Positions 32,782 through 42,678 of a stretch of DNA of 64,000 bases are shown piece after piece; the stretch's first letter is position 1; the number at the start of each line of letters is the position of its first letter. Source of the DNA: an uncultured Gammaproteobacteria bacterium (GTDB lineage: Bacteria > Pseudomonadota > Gammaproteobacteria > UBA9214); the NCBI GenBank assembly GCA_963768415.1, contig CAVYHX010000031.1:44980-108979 (forward strand). The letters run 5' to 3'. The translations under genes were made by a program, and so were the position numbers. Under the pieces are notes generated by a model, which was not told the origin of the DNA, made no database searches, and worked only from the letters and a program-made list of their open reading frames with translations.

Positions 32782-35619
32782 GTGCTAATGACAAAAGACC
32801 CGTTGATTATATTCGACCAGCCCGGCGACACGGAGCAGCGCAGCCGCGTGCGCCTGTTCGGCAACCTGCTGGGGGAGATACTGCGCGAACAGGCCGGAGA
32901 ACATATCCTGTTTGCGGTCGAAACCCTGCGCAAGGGCTATATCCGCCTGCGCAACACAGACAGCCCCGGCCTGCGCTCGCGCCTCGTGCAGCTGATCGAA
33001 AAACAGGAGCCCGATGATCTGACCGATATCATCCGCGCCTTCAATCTCTATTTCAGCCTGGTGAATATTGCCGAGGAATCATTCCAGCACCAGCAACGGC
33101 GCAAACTGGTCCACAAGGACGAGCCGCTCTGGGTGGGCTCATTCAGCCGCACCCTGCAGGAGTTTTATGATGAAGGCATCGAGCCCTATCAGCTGCAGAT
33201 CCTGCTGAGCCAGGCCCTCTATCTGCCGGTCTTCACGGCACACCCCACGGAAGCCATTCGCCGCACAGTCATGCTTGCGCTGCGGCGTCTGTTCCTGACC
33301 AGCAACCAGCTCAATGACAAGCGCCTCAGTAAATTCGAGCGCGCAAGCATTCAGCAGGAATTGAAGCGCCAGATACAGGTACTCTGGAAAACGGATGAAG
33401 TACGCGTACACAAGCCCACCGTGGAGCATGAGATACGCAACGGCCTGTACTTTTTCCGCAAGAGCCTGTTCGACGCCATCCCCCAGACCTACCGCTATCT
33501 GGAAAAGGCTATCCAGCGCGTGTACGGCGGCGTCGATGGCAATGCGGCCGTTAATGTGCCAGGCGGACTGATTCGCTTCGGCTCCTGGATCGGCGGTGAC
33601 CGCGACGGCAATCCGTTCGTCAAGCCCGCCACCACGGTAATGGCCCTGCGCCTGCAAATGCAGGAGGTGCTGATTGCCTACCTGGACAGGATCGGGGATC
33701 TGGGTTACCGCCTGACGCACTCGACCCGGTTGTGCAGCTTCTCGCCTTCTTTACTCGAGAGCATCGGCAATGACGAAAAACAGTATGCCGCTGCCTGGGA
33801 GGCGTTCCCCAACCGCTACAGCCACGAGCCGTATCGCCGCAAGCTGAGCATCATCCAGTATCGCCTCGAATTGGATCTTGCAGCCGTCGCTGCACGCCTG
33901 GCTGCGCCGAATACCGATCCCGCCACCCAGGTGACCGGCTATGCCACGGAGCTGGAACTGCTGCAGGACCTGCAATTGATCCGCGATTCACTGATCGCCA
34001 ACGGCGATGCCCTCGTGGCTGATGGTGAGCTCCAGGATCTGATCCGCCTGGTCGAGACCTGTGGCTTCTTTCTCATGCATCTCGACATCCGCCAGGAATC
34101 GACCCGGCATAGCGCGGCGGTAAGTGAATTGTGCCGGGTTCTGCCTGACATGCCCGATTACAGCAAACTCGACGAAGCGGCACGCCAGGATTACCTCACC
34201 CGGGCACTCACTGCACCCCCGCCCGTGATCGATCCCGACACCCTGTCAGAGGACACCCGTGAAACCCTGGAAGTCTTCGCTGTCATGCGAAGCATGCAAC
34301 AGGAAGTCAGTAAGAACGCGTTTGGCAACTACGTCATCTCCATGACGCACAGTGCCAGCCACATACTCGAGGTCATGTATCTGGCCTGGATCGCGGGGCT
34401 GGCCGGCCGGCGCGCCGGTGAATGGTTTTGCCAGACCCGCATCAGCCCCCTGTTCGAAACCATCGATGACCTCGAACATGTCGATGATGTGCTGACACAA
34501 TTACTTGCCAACGAGACCTATCGGGCATTACTGGACAAGGCCGGCAAGTGCCAGGAAATCATGCTCGGCTATTCGGATTCCTGCAAGGATGGCGGCATCA
34601 TGGCATCGAACTGGAGCCTGTACGGTGCACAGAAAAAGATCATTGCCATCGCCAACCGGTACCACATCCAGTGCCGCCTGTTTCACGGCCGCGGCGGCAC
34701 CATCGGCCGCGGCGGCGGCCCGACCCATGAGGCCATCCTGTCGCAGCCACCGGGGACGGTGCACGGCCAGATCAAGTTCACCGAACAGGGTGAGGTGTTA
34801 CGTTACAAGTACAGTAACGCCGAAACCGCTGCGTATGAACTGTCCATGGGCATCACCGGCCTGCTCAAGGCCAGCCGCGTCCTGATCAAGCCGCACACCG
34901 AGGACCGGCGTGACTATATGGGCATCATGGATGAACTCACCCGGCTGGGCGAGGCATGCTATCGCCAGCTGATTGACCACACCGAAGGCCTGCTCGATTA
35001 TTTCTACGAGGTCACGCCAGTCGCCGAGATCGGCATGCTGAATATCGGTTCGCGGCCATCGCACCGCAAGCAGCAGGACCGGTCCAAGGACTCTATCCGT
35101 GCGATACCCTGGGTATTCGGCTGGGCACAATCCAGACACACGTTGCCCGCCTGGTACGGCCTGGGTACCGCGCTGGAGACCTGGCGCAACAACGACCCGG
35201 CGCGCCTGGCCACCCTGCAATCCATGTATGAGGCCTGGCCATTCTTTCGCGCCCTGTTGAGCAACATCCAGATGGCACTGTTCAAGGGCGAGATGAACAT
35301 TGCCCATGCCTACACCCGCCTGGCTACCGAACCCGCGGCGGCAGAACAAATCTATACCAGGATAAGGGACGAATACCGGCGCACGCTGATGCAGGTACTG
35401 CACATCACCGGGCAACGCCAGCTGATGGAAGAGAACCCGTCCCTGGGACTGTCACTGTTCCGGCGCAATCCCTACCTGGACCCGCTGAATAATATTCAGA
35501 TCACCCTGCTGTCCCGTTACCGGGATACCCGCATGGATGCGGCCGAACGCGAGGCCTGGCTGCACCCGCTGCTGCGCTCCATCAATGCGATCGCCAGCGG
35601 CATGCGCAATACGGGCTGA
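32782..35619 (+). CDS. ppc: phosphoenolpyruvate carboxylase
   Basis: 945-aa ORF with PEPC motifs (…VFTAHPTEAIRRT…, C-terminal …GMRNTG). An alternative start is M3 at 32788. Confidence 0.92.
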   Translation: MLMTKDPLIIFDQPGDTEQRSRVRLFGNLLGEILREQAGEHILFAVETLRKGYIRLRNTDSPGLRSRLVQLIEKQEPDDLTDIIRAFNLYFSLVNIAEESFQHQQRRKLVHKDEPLWVGSFSRTLQEFYDEGIEPYQLQILLSQALYLPVFTAHPTEAIRRTVMLALRRLFLTSNQLNDKRLSKFERASIQQELKRQIQVLWKTDEVRVHKPTVEHEIRNGLYFFRKSLFDAIPQTYRYLEKAIQRVYGGVDGNAAVNVPGGLIRFGSWIGGDRDGNPFVKPATTVMALRLQMQEVLIAYLDRIGDLGYRLTHSTRLCSFSPSLLESIGNDEKQYAAAWEAFPNRYSHEPYRRKLSIIQYRLELDLAAVAARLAAPNTDPATQVTGYATELELLQDLQLIRDSLIANGDALVADGELQDLIRLVETCGFFLMHLDIRQESTRHSAAVSELCRVLPDMPDYSKLDEAARQDYLTRALTAPPPVIDPDTLSEDTRETLEVFAVMRSMQQEVSKNAFGNYVISMTHSASHILEVMYLAWIAGLAGRRAGEWFCQTRISPLFETIDDLEHVDDVLTQLLANETYRALLDKAGKCQEIMLGYSDSCKDGGIMASNWSLYGAQKKIIAIANRYHIQCRLFHGRGGTIGRGGGPTHEAILSQPPGTVHGQIKFTEQGEVLRYKYSNAETAAYELSMGITGLLKASRVLIKPHTEDRRDYMGIMDELTRLGEACYRQLIDHTEGLLDYFYEVTPVAEIGMLNIGSRPSHRKQQDRSKDSIRAIPWVFGWAQSRHTLPAWYGLGTALETWRNNDPARLATLQSMYEAWPFFRALLSNIQMALFKGEMNIAHAYTRLATEPAAAEQIYTRIRDEYRRTLMQVLHITGQRQLMEENPSLGLSLFRRNPYLDPLNNIQITLLSRYRDTRMDAAEREAWLHPLLRSINAIASGMRNTG

Positions 35620-35644
35620 TGCAGCCTTCTGTGGCAAGGGTGTT

Positions 35645-35912
35645 GGCCGAATGAATTCGGCCCTACAGCAGGGTCGAATTCATTTGACCACCGGTATTTC
35701 ACCGTCATTGAATCAAACCTGTAGGGTCGAATTCATTCGACCAGCGGTGTTTCACCGTCTTGAATCAAACCTGCAGGGTCGAATTCATTCGACCAGCGGT
35801 ATTTCACCGTCATTGAATCAAACCTGTAGGGTCGAATTCATTCGACCAGCGGTGTTTCACCGTCATTGAATCAAACCTGTAGGGTCGAATTCATTCGACC
35901 AGCGGTGTTTCG
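35645..35912. repeat. tandem array of a 53-bp unit (about 5 copies) opened by the palindrome ggccgaatgaattcggcc (locus 1 of 2)
   Basis: Unit cctgtagggtcgaattcattcgaccagcggtgtttcaccgtcattgaatcaaa starts at about 35665, 35718, 35770, 35823 and 35876. Each unit has a 7-bp stem gtcgaat/attcgac. Confidence 0.9.
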
Positions 35913-35977
35913 GCGTAATCACCACTATTCCGAACCCGGCCCGCTCGCAATGATGGCTTAATCTTATTACAATATTT

Positions 35978-37966
35978 TCAATTAGTTGGAGTTTCTTCCT
36001 CAACTGATTTAACAGTATTCGGCAAGGCCGGCCAGGCCATCAGCGCATAGGGCATCTGCGCGGGCGCATCCGCCAGTTGCGCCCCCAGCCACGCAGCGGT
36101 CTGCCAGGCCTTGTGTTGATAGGCCGGTTCCCCGGTCAACTTGCCGAGCTGCTGCAGTACCTGCAGGGCCACCCCGTTGACGGTCAGGGTCGCACCGTCG
36201 GCGGCCGGCTTTTCGCGCAGCCATAATTCAGCATCCGGCAGCGTGCTGTAGAAACCCCCGAAGTCCTTGTCCCAGTACAGCAGCAGCCGGGTATCGACCA
36301 GCCGGCGGGCGCGCTGCAGCCAGTGCTTGTCGCCCGTGACCCGGTACAGCGCCAGCAGACCCTCTGCCATTGCCGCATAGTCTTCGCTGAACCCGGGCAC
36401 GCCGCGCACCCCGGCGCGCCAGTCGCGGAACAGCTGGCCGGACCCGGCATCATGCAAGTTGGCGAACATGAACCGGGCCGCGGACTCGGCCGCGTGCAGA
36501 TAACGCGGCTCATCGAGCAGCCGCGCGGCACCGGCCAGGGTGGTGATCATATAGCCGTTCCAGACCGTGACGAGTTTGTCATCGACCGGGACGGCCGGGC
36601 GCTTGCGGCGCGCCGTCAACAAGCGCGCGTCGAGTGCGGCAATGCGTCGCCTGGCGGTTTCCGGGTCCGTCTTGAAATGGGCGCTCAGCTCCTCGATGTC
36701 CCGTGCACGGTAGAGGACATTCCTGCCGGCCATCTCACCCAGCGGGTCGGCCAGCGCATTGCCCTGCTCTTCCACACCGTACCAGGCAGCCGCCCAGGCG
36801 CGCAGGTCGTCATCCCCGAGGACGTCTGTCAACTGTTGCCAGGTCCAGGTGTAGTAGGCACCCTCCTCCAGGTGTGCCCCTGGGGTTGCCGACACAGCGC
36901 TGTCCGCACTCAGCGCAGAATAGAAACCACCCTGCGGGTGCTGCATTTGAGCAAGGGTGAAATCGAGTACGGAACGCGCGGTTGCTGCATATTGCTGCTT
37001 CCCGGTCCGCCGGTAGGCCGCCATGTAGGCACGCGCTATGAGCGCCTGGTCGTAGAGCATCTTTTCGAAATGCGGCACCCGCCACTCGAAATCGGTGGAG
37101 TAGCGGTGGAACCCGCCTTCCAGCTGATCCTGGATACCCCCTGCGGCCATTCGGTCGAGTGTCAACAGCGCCATTGCGGCGCTGTCCGGCGCAGCATCCG
37201 CCAGCAGGAACAGCAGGCGTGCCGGTTGCGGAAACTTGGGCGCCGGTCCAAACCCGCCCTGCAGTTCATCAAAATTCTCGGCGAGCTGCCGGCGCGCCTC
37301 GATCAGCGGCGCGTCGGTCAGCCGCTGCAAGGGCGCAACTGAAGACTCCAGCTTGCGCAGCATGGCGACGGCACGCCCGGCAGTCTCGATCATGGCCTGG
37401 GGATCTTCCTTCCAGAGCTCAGCCAGTCGCGTCAGAATCTGCTTCATCCCGGGCCGACCCAGTTTGGCATCAGGCGGGAAATAGGTTCCCCCCAGGAACG
37501 GTTTGCCGTCCGGTGTCGCCCATACCGACATCGGCCAGCCGCCGTGCCCGCGAGTGGCCATGACGTAGGACATGTAGGCATTGTCGAGATCCGGGCGCTG
37601 CTCGCGGTCAATCTTGATAGAGATGAAATGCTCATTCAGGAGTGCGGCGATCTCCGGGTGACTGAATGATTCCCGCGCCATGACATGGCACCAGTGACAG
37701 GTAAAGTAGCCGATGGAAATGAACAGCGGCTTGTTCTCCCGGCGCGCCCGCTGCAGGGCGGCCTCACCCCAGGGATACCAGGTGACCGGATTGTCCGCAT
37801 GCAGCTGCAGGTAGGGACTGGACTCGAGCGCCAGCCGCCAGCCGCCGGATTTTTCCCGCTCGGCCGCACCCACCGGCGCTGCCAGCGCGGCGTTCAACAA
37901 CAGCAGCGTCAGGATTCGATACCAGTGAACGGGCGACTTAATGGTCATATAACAATACCGCAGCAT
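35978..37966 (-). CDS. thioredoxin-domain protein, YyaL/DUF255 (spermatogenesis-associated-20-like) with a six-hairpin glycosidase-like C-domain; secreted
   Basis: 662-aa ORF with a signal peptide from M7 ([30 protein letters not shown]) and the Trx-like motif …[20 protein letters not shown]…. Confidence 0.8.
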   Translation of the reverse strand: MLRYCYMTIKSPVHWYRILTLLLLNAALAAPVGAAEREKSGGWRLALESSPYLQLHADNPVTWYPWGEAALQRARRENKPLFISIGYFTCHWCHVMARESFSHPEIAALLNEHFISIKIDREQRPDLDNAYMSYVMATRGHGGWPMSVWATPDGKPFLGGTYFPPDAKLGRPGMKQILTRLAELWKEDPQAMIETAGRAVAMLRKLESSVAPLQRLTDAPLIEARRQLAENFDELQGGFGPAPKFPQPARLLFLLADAAPDSAAMALLTLDRMAAGGIQDQLEGGFHRYSTDFEWRVPHFEKMLYDQALIARAYMAAYRRTGKQQYAATARSVLDFTLAQMQHPQGGFYSALSADSAVSATPGAHLEEGAYYTWTWQQLTDVLGDDDLRAWAAAWYGVEEQGNALADPLGEMAGRNVLYRARDIEELSAHFKTDPETARRRIAALDARLLTARRKRPAVPVDDKLVTVWNGYMITTLAGAARLLDEPRYLHAAESAARFMFANLHDAGSGQLFRDWRAGVRGVPGFSEDYAAMAEGLLALYRVTGDKHWLQRARRLVDTRLLLYWDKDFGGFYSTLPDAELWLREKPAADGATLTVNGVALQVLQQLGKLTGEPAYQHKAWQTAAWLGAQLADAPAQMPYALMAWPALPNTVKSVEEETPTN

Positions 37967-38770
37967 TCACGACACTCGGCTGGAAACCGGGTGCTGTGGA
38001 GGGTCCCACGCCGCCAGCCCCAGGACCGTGCGGGCATTCGCCGTGGTTTGCCGGGCCAGCTCGTCCGGACGCTCGGCGCGCACCTCGGCCAGCGCCGCCA
38101 GGCAATAGGGCAGGTACTCCGGGCTGTTGCGCTCACCCCGGTGTTGCACCACGGTCAGGTCCGGCGCATCCGTCTCCAGCACCAGGGAATCGACGGGCAG
38201 TGCCGCTGCCAGGGCGCGCAGCTTGCTGGAGCGTGTGTAGGTCAGCATACCCCCGAAGCCAAGCTTGAAGCCCAGCTGCTCGTATACTGCCGCCTGTTGC
38301 AGGCTGCCGTTGTAGGCATGTGCAATTCCGCCACGGACGGGAATGCGTTTCAGTGCAGACAACACCGCATCGTGCGCCTTGCGCACATGCAGGATGACGG
38401 GCAGGTCGGCGTTACGCGCAATCTCCAGCTGCGCCTCGAACAGGGCCAGCTGCCGGTCCCGGTCCAGCCCGGCCACGAAATAATCCAGGCCGATCTCGCC
38501 CACGGCAACCGGGCGCTGCTGCGCGATGCGTGCCTCCAGTTCTTTCAGGTCCGCGTCCCGGTGGTGTTCCAGGTATACCGGGTGCAGTCCCAGGGCGGGG
38601 TACAGGTCCGGCTCCGCCACGCAACACCGCCACAGGCTATCCCATTTACTCGCCAGCACACCCGGCACGACAATGCCGGTCAAACCTTTTGCACGCGCGG
38701 CCATCAGCACCGCACGCCGGTCGGCATCAAATGCCGGCAGGTCCAGATGGCAGTGGGTATCGATAATTTC
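37967..38770 (-). CDS. TatD-family metal-dependent hydrolase/DNase
   Basis: MEIIDTHCHLDLPAFD… (TatD HxH motif). The start at M11 was chosen inside the longer 38800 ORF. Confidence 0.85.
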   Translation of the reverse strand, partial: EIIDTHCHLDLPAFDADRRAVLMAARAKGLTGIVVPGVLASKWDSLWRCCVAEPDLYPALGLHPVYLEHHRDADLKELEARIAQQRPVAVGEIGLDYFVAGLDRDRQLALFEAQLEIARNADLPVILHVRKAHDAVLSALKRIPVRGGIAHAYNGSLQQAAVYEQLGFKLGFGGMLTYTRSSKLRALAAALPVDSLVLETDAPDLTVVQHRGERNSPEYLPYCLAALAEVRAERPDELARQTTANARTVLGLAAWDPPQHPVSSRVS

Positions 38771-38865
38771 CATCACCGCGATTGTAGGCGCTGACAACAC
38801 TCAAACACAGCGATTTTCTGGTATGTTCGGACTTACAGGCAAGCAGACAAGCAGATACCGTATCG

Positions 38866-39673
38866 ATGAGCGCCCCCACGCGCATGACAGCAAACAGCAG
38901 CCCCGACCTGGAGCGCCGTTTCGGCGGTGTGCGGCGCCTGTACGGTGCACACGCCCTGCAACGATTCCGCCAGGCGCACGTGGCCGTCATCGGTATCGGT
39001 GGCGTCGGTTCCTGGGCCGCCGAGGCGCTGGCGCGCACCGCCATCGGCCGCCTCACCCTGATCGATATGGATCATGTGGCTGAATCCAATATCAACCGCC
39101 AGCTGCCTGCCCTGAGCGACACCCTGGGCATGGCCAAGGTGCAGGTCATGGCAGCACGTGTTGGTCAGATCAACCCGGCCTGCCGGGTCGTCACTATCGA
39201 GGAGTTTCTGACCGTCGACAATATCGGCTACGCTGCTGGCGGAGCACTGCGATTATGTCATCGACTGTGTCGACAGCTTTCGCGTCAAGGCTGCACTGAT
39301 CGCACACTGCAAACATAACCGGATCCGGCTGATCACGGTCGGCGGGGCCGGCGGGCAGATCGACCCGACCCGCATTCGGGTCATCGATCTCAGCCGTACG
39401 GAACATGACGCCCTGTTTTCCAAAACCCGCAAGCTGTTGCGCAGCGACTATGGGTTCCCCAAAAACCTGAAACGGCGCTTCGATATACCCTGCGTCTATT
39501 CCCTGGAGCAACCGGTATTCCCGGCCGCGGACGGCAGCGTCGGTTATGAAAAACCGCGGGGGCAGGCCGGCGGCGACCTCTCCTGTGCCGGCGGCCTGGG
39601 ATCCGCAGTCACCGTAACCGCCGCCTTCGGACTGGCCGCGGCCGCCCATGTACTGAAGAAACTAAAAAGTTGA
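38866..39673 (+). CDS. tcdA: tRNA threonylcarbamoyladenosine dehydratase TcdA (CsdL), split by a −1 frame change near 39235
   Basis: N-terminus …VAVIGIGGVGSWAAEALARTAIGRLTLIDMDHV… (ThiF fold) is in frame 1 up to about 39235. The rest (EHCDYVIDCVDSFRVKAALIAHC…TVGGAGGQIDP…) continues in frame 2 through ORF 39437..39673. Confidence 0.82.
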
Positions 39674-39762
39674 CCACCTGCCTCACCAGTCAAACTCGCC
39701 CGGAATTTGTGCCTGCCCCGAATCCGCCGCGCGCAGCCCGGTTGCCTGAGGATCAAATGCTG

Positions 39763-40134
39763 TCACTGAACACTGCCAAATCCAGCATCCTGGCTGCCGG
39801 CGGGGGGCTCAAGACCGGCAAGACGACAACCCTGCGCCACTGGCCCGCCGGGAAGCAGGGTATACAGGTACTTCAACCCGCCCTTGGCATGAAAGCTTTC
39901 ATCCAGCGCGTCGTGCAGTTCGCGTGCATGGATGGTCCGGTCGTCCTCATGACTGGCGAAAAACGCCTGTAATCCGCGCACCACCTTCCAGTGATCATCC
40001 TCGAGTTCCAGACCCTCCGCTGCCGCAACAGCGGTCGCGTCCGCCACCCGCCAGCCAGCCGGAGCATGCGGGAAGTCGGCAAGCCCCTGTGAGTTTCCAC
40101 CCGTTTTTGTCTCACTACCGGTCGTTCCTTTCAT
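39763..40134 (-). CDS. TusE/DsrC-family sulfur-relay-like protein with an atypical C-terminus
   Basis: 123-aa ORF (…EDDHWKVVRGLQAFFASHEDDRTIHARELHDAL…YLYTLLPGGPVAQGCRLAGLEPPAGSQDAGFGSVQ) aligns to TusE/DsrC. It lacks the penultimate C-terminal Cys, and no alternative frame restores it. Confidence 0.6.
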   Translation of the reverse strand: MKGTTGSETKTGGNSQGLADFPHAPAGWRVADATAVAAAEGLELEDDHWKVVRGLQAFFASHEDDRTIHARELHDALDESFHAKGGLKYLYTLLPGGPVAQGCRLAGLEPPAGSQDAGFGSVQ

Positions 40135-40212
40135 AACGAAGCTCTCCTTATCGCCTGGTTATCAATACACGTTCGTAGTACAAGGGTAGTCGGCCGGATT
40201 GAACCGATCAAG

Positions 40213-40689
40213 TCACTGCCCTGGCACCGGGAACACAATGAAGCGGCCACCCGCGGCAATCGATACCACCAGCAGGCCGAGCAGCAGATTGACCCCGATC
40301 AATACACGAATCTGTGCCAGGTGTTTACCACCGCCTGGCCAGTCCCCGGCTGCGACCGCGCGCTTCAGGCGGGAGAAAGCGGCAAAATAGACATGAAAAA
40401 ACAGCAGCATCATCGCTATGCCCAGCCATTGCATCAGATGCACGTGCAGGCCCACCGCCGCAAAGCCGCCGTAAAAAACCAGTACCATCCAGTAGCCGGT
40501 TGCCAGGAGCACGACAATAGCGGCAAATACCCAGGGAAAGAATTTCCCGAACACGCCTGTCCATAATTTCAACCGGACAGGTGGCTCCAGCTGGCTTGCA
40601 GCCACCGGCCGCAGGGCCATGTAGGCAAAAAACATTCCGCCAACCCAGACAACAGCCGCCACCACATGTAACAAGATTGCAATTCCCAT
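40213..40689 (-). CDS. 4-TM inner-membrane protein (HemJ/UPF0093- or CopD-like; family not assigned)
   Basis: 158 aa from MGIAILLHVVAAVVWVGGMFFAYMALRP…, with four hydrophobic helices and an early conserved His. Confidence 0.45.
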   Translation of the reverse strand: MGIAILLHVVAAVVWVGGMFFAYMALRPVAASQLEPPVRLKLWTGVFGKFFPWVFAAIVVLLATGYWMVLVFYGGFAAVGLHVHLMQWLGIAMMLLFFHVYFAAFSRLKRAVAAGDWPGGGKHLAQIRVLIGVNLLLGLLVVSIAAGGRFIVFPVPGQ

Positions 40690-40788
40690 AACCCTTCTCC
40701 CTTGACTGGCGTTATCCGTATTCTTTCCGGCAGATACACACTGTATGATGCCGGTCAATAGTACGCTGATTCCCAAAGGATGTAAGCA

Positions 40789-41325
40789 ATGGCACAAAGC
40801 GATACCGGAAACGTCGTCATCAGTCAGTCAGTCGCCATCCTGGTGGATGGCAACAATATAGAACGCAGTATTCACTCCGAAACCAACCGGCCAAACACCA
40901 TGCTGAATTTTGATACCCTGGTGCCCAGGCTGCTGGGTAATCGCGGCCTCAATCGCCTGGTCTATTTCCGCGAAGGCAAGCAGATTTCCTCGAAACTGCG
41001 CGAACGCCTGCACAGCAACTACCACGGCTCCGTTCGTCCCTGTCACAAAAGTGCCGACATACCCTTGTCCATCAAGGCCACCCAGCTCTCCACCAAGGTG
41101 GATACGATCATTATCATGTCCGGTGACTCCGACTATGTTGAACTGGTCCGCCACCTGAAGGCCGAAGGCGTGCGCGTCGAGATCGCCGCCGTCGCTGCCA
41201 CGACTTCGAGACTGCTGATTGACGAGGCAGACTACTTCCATGAGATTACGAAAGAGGACTGGTTTACCCTGGAAGCAAAGAAAACAGTCAATAAACAGGC
41301 TGCAAGGAAAGTGCCGGCGAAATAA
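40789..41325 (+). CDS. NYN/LabA-like domain protein (putative RNase fold)
   Basis: 178-aa ORF with …AILVDGNNIERS… and a later …IIIMSGDSDYVELVRHLKAEG… matching the NYN/LabA acidic motifs. Confidence 0.7.
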   Translation: MAQSDTGNVVISQSVAILVDGNNIERSIHSETNRPNTMLNFDTLVPRLLGNRGLNRLVYFREGKQISSKLRERLHSNYHGSVRPCHKSADIPLSIKATQLSTKVDTIIIMSGDSDYVELVRHLKAEGVRVEIAAVAATTSRLLIDEADYFHEITKEDWFTLEAKKTVNKQAARKVPAK

Positions 41326-41403
41326 AAGACGGATCTTCCCCTGGTTGAGTGGGTTACTTAATCAATTCAGACAAGACGCATTCCTTCTGATGGCACTGTT
41401 GCT

Positions 41404-41662
41404 GGCCGAATGAATTCGGCCCTACAGTAGGGTCGAATTCAATCGACCAACATTGTGTTCATCGTCATTGAATCAGACCTGTAGGGTCGAATTCATTCGA
41501 CCAGCGGTGTTTCATCATCATTGAATCAAACCTGTAGGGTCGAATTCATTCGACCAGCGGTGTTTCATCGTCATCTGTCATCCAGAGGCAGTCTCCAATG
41601 GCAATAATGGCTTTTGGCCGAATACCCGATAAAGCGCCGGGCACAAGTGAATTCGGCCCTAC
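41404..41662. repeat. second locus of the 53-bp repeat family (3 units) with the same opening palindrome ggccgaatgaattcggccctacag
   Basis: ggccgaatgaattcggccctacagtagggtcgaattcaatcgacc… then two units of cctgtagggtcgaattcattcgaccagcggtgtttcatc[a/g]tcat…. It ends with a ggccgaat…gaattcggccctaca copy interrupted by about 27 bp. Confidence 0.88.
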
Positions 41663-41719
41663 AACGGTAATTTAACCACTCGGTTCGGGGAAGGGCCTGA
41701 ATGACAATACCGGCCGGGA

Positions 41720-42139
41720 TTATTCCAGAAACAGCTCCGTCTTGCTGTCAGCGACATCCTTCAGGTTGATCGACACAGGACACTGCTGCATGCGCTCGAT
41801 AATATATGTCGCATCGTCTGCCACCGGACTGCCCGACTTCAGTCTTGCGTCAAAATGAACATGCAGTTTTCTCATGATCCAGTCCTCACCCGCCATCACC
41901 TCGATGGCACCGCTTGCCGACTCGAGCATTAACCCGCGTTCTGCGCAGTTAAGCCGCATGTACATATGCTGGCAGTTAAACATGGCATAAACGAAAATCA
42001 GAAATCCAGATGATTGCTCATTCAATTCGAATACCTGCCACTCGTCATCGACGCATAATTCAACCTCCAGGTCGGCGATACTATTATCCGGATCTTTATA
42101 TCGGCTAATCAGCCGCATCAGGAAACGATGCTCGTTCAT
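41720..42139 (-). CDS. OsmC/Ohr-family protein
   Basis: 139 aa from MNEHRFLMRL… with two conserved Cys contexts (…MFNCQHMY…, …MQQCPVSINL…). The start was chosen inside the 42223 ORF. Confidence 0.6.
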   Translation of the reverse strand: MNEHRFLMRLISRYKDPDNSIADLEVELCVDDEWQVFELNEQSSGFLIFVYAMFNCQHMYMRLNCAERGLMLESASGAIEVMAGEDWIMRKLHVHFDARLKSGSPVADDATYIIERMQQCPVSINLKDVADSKTELFLE

Positions 42140-42225
42140 AGGCTTATTTCTCCTGTCAGCAATTTTACTGCCCTGGATTCTACGCGCCATTTGCATGGCC
42201 GGTGATACAGCGGCATGCAACAACT

Positions 42226-42540
42226 CTACTCCGTGGATTCGACCATCCCGTCCCCGGCGGGTTCAGATGATATGGACACAGCCCCAATTTCATTCCTGCT
42301 CGAGGCGAGCAGGAGCAGCTTGTCGCTACGCTGCAGTTTCTTGATCGCCGCCTCACGCCTGCTCGCGCTGCTGCGGTCGTGACCGTTCTCCAGGTAGACG
42401 AGCCGTTCCGGTACTCGCCCCCAAAAAAACCTGGCGCCCCGCCGGCGTGCATGCTGCCGAAAGCGCCGCCCGGCATCAACACTGATCCCCGTATACAGGG
42501 AGCTGTCTGTACAAAGAATGATGTATACCTGCCAGTTCAT
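42226..42540 (-). CDS. GIY-YIG nuclease-family protein (YhbQ-like)
   Basis: 104 aa, MNWQVYIILCTDSSLYTGISVDAGRRFRQH… (GIY-YIG motif). Confidence 0.8.
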   Translation of the reverse strand: MNWQVYIILCTDSSLYTGISVDAGRRFRQHARRRGARFFWGRVPERLVYLENGHDRSSASRREAAIKKLQRSDKLLLLASSRNEIGAVSISSEPAGDGMVESTE

Positions 42541-42678
42541 CGATTGCCTGATTACCCGGCCGCACCGGGCATGATCTCGATCCAGAGACTGCCACGCGGG
42601 TATATCCGTGTGTTAATATGCGCGTTTCGCCAATTCAACACTACTATGCAGCTGCGCGCAATGCCCCGGGAGGTGCCC

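Noticed and set aside
35645-35912. Possible CRISPR array or retron msr/msd
   Set aside because: The 53-bp units are contiguous with no spacers, and no reverse-transcriptase or cas gene is adjacent. The same structure recurs at 41404 with the same boundary palindrome, which fits a dispersed repeat element better.
37685-38794. 369-aa + strand ORF
   Set aside because: It is antisense to the Trx-domain and TatD genes and has an Arg/Gln/Gly-rich artefactual composition.
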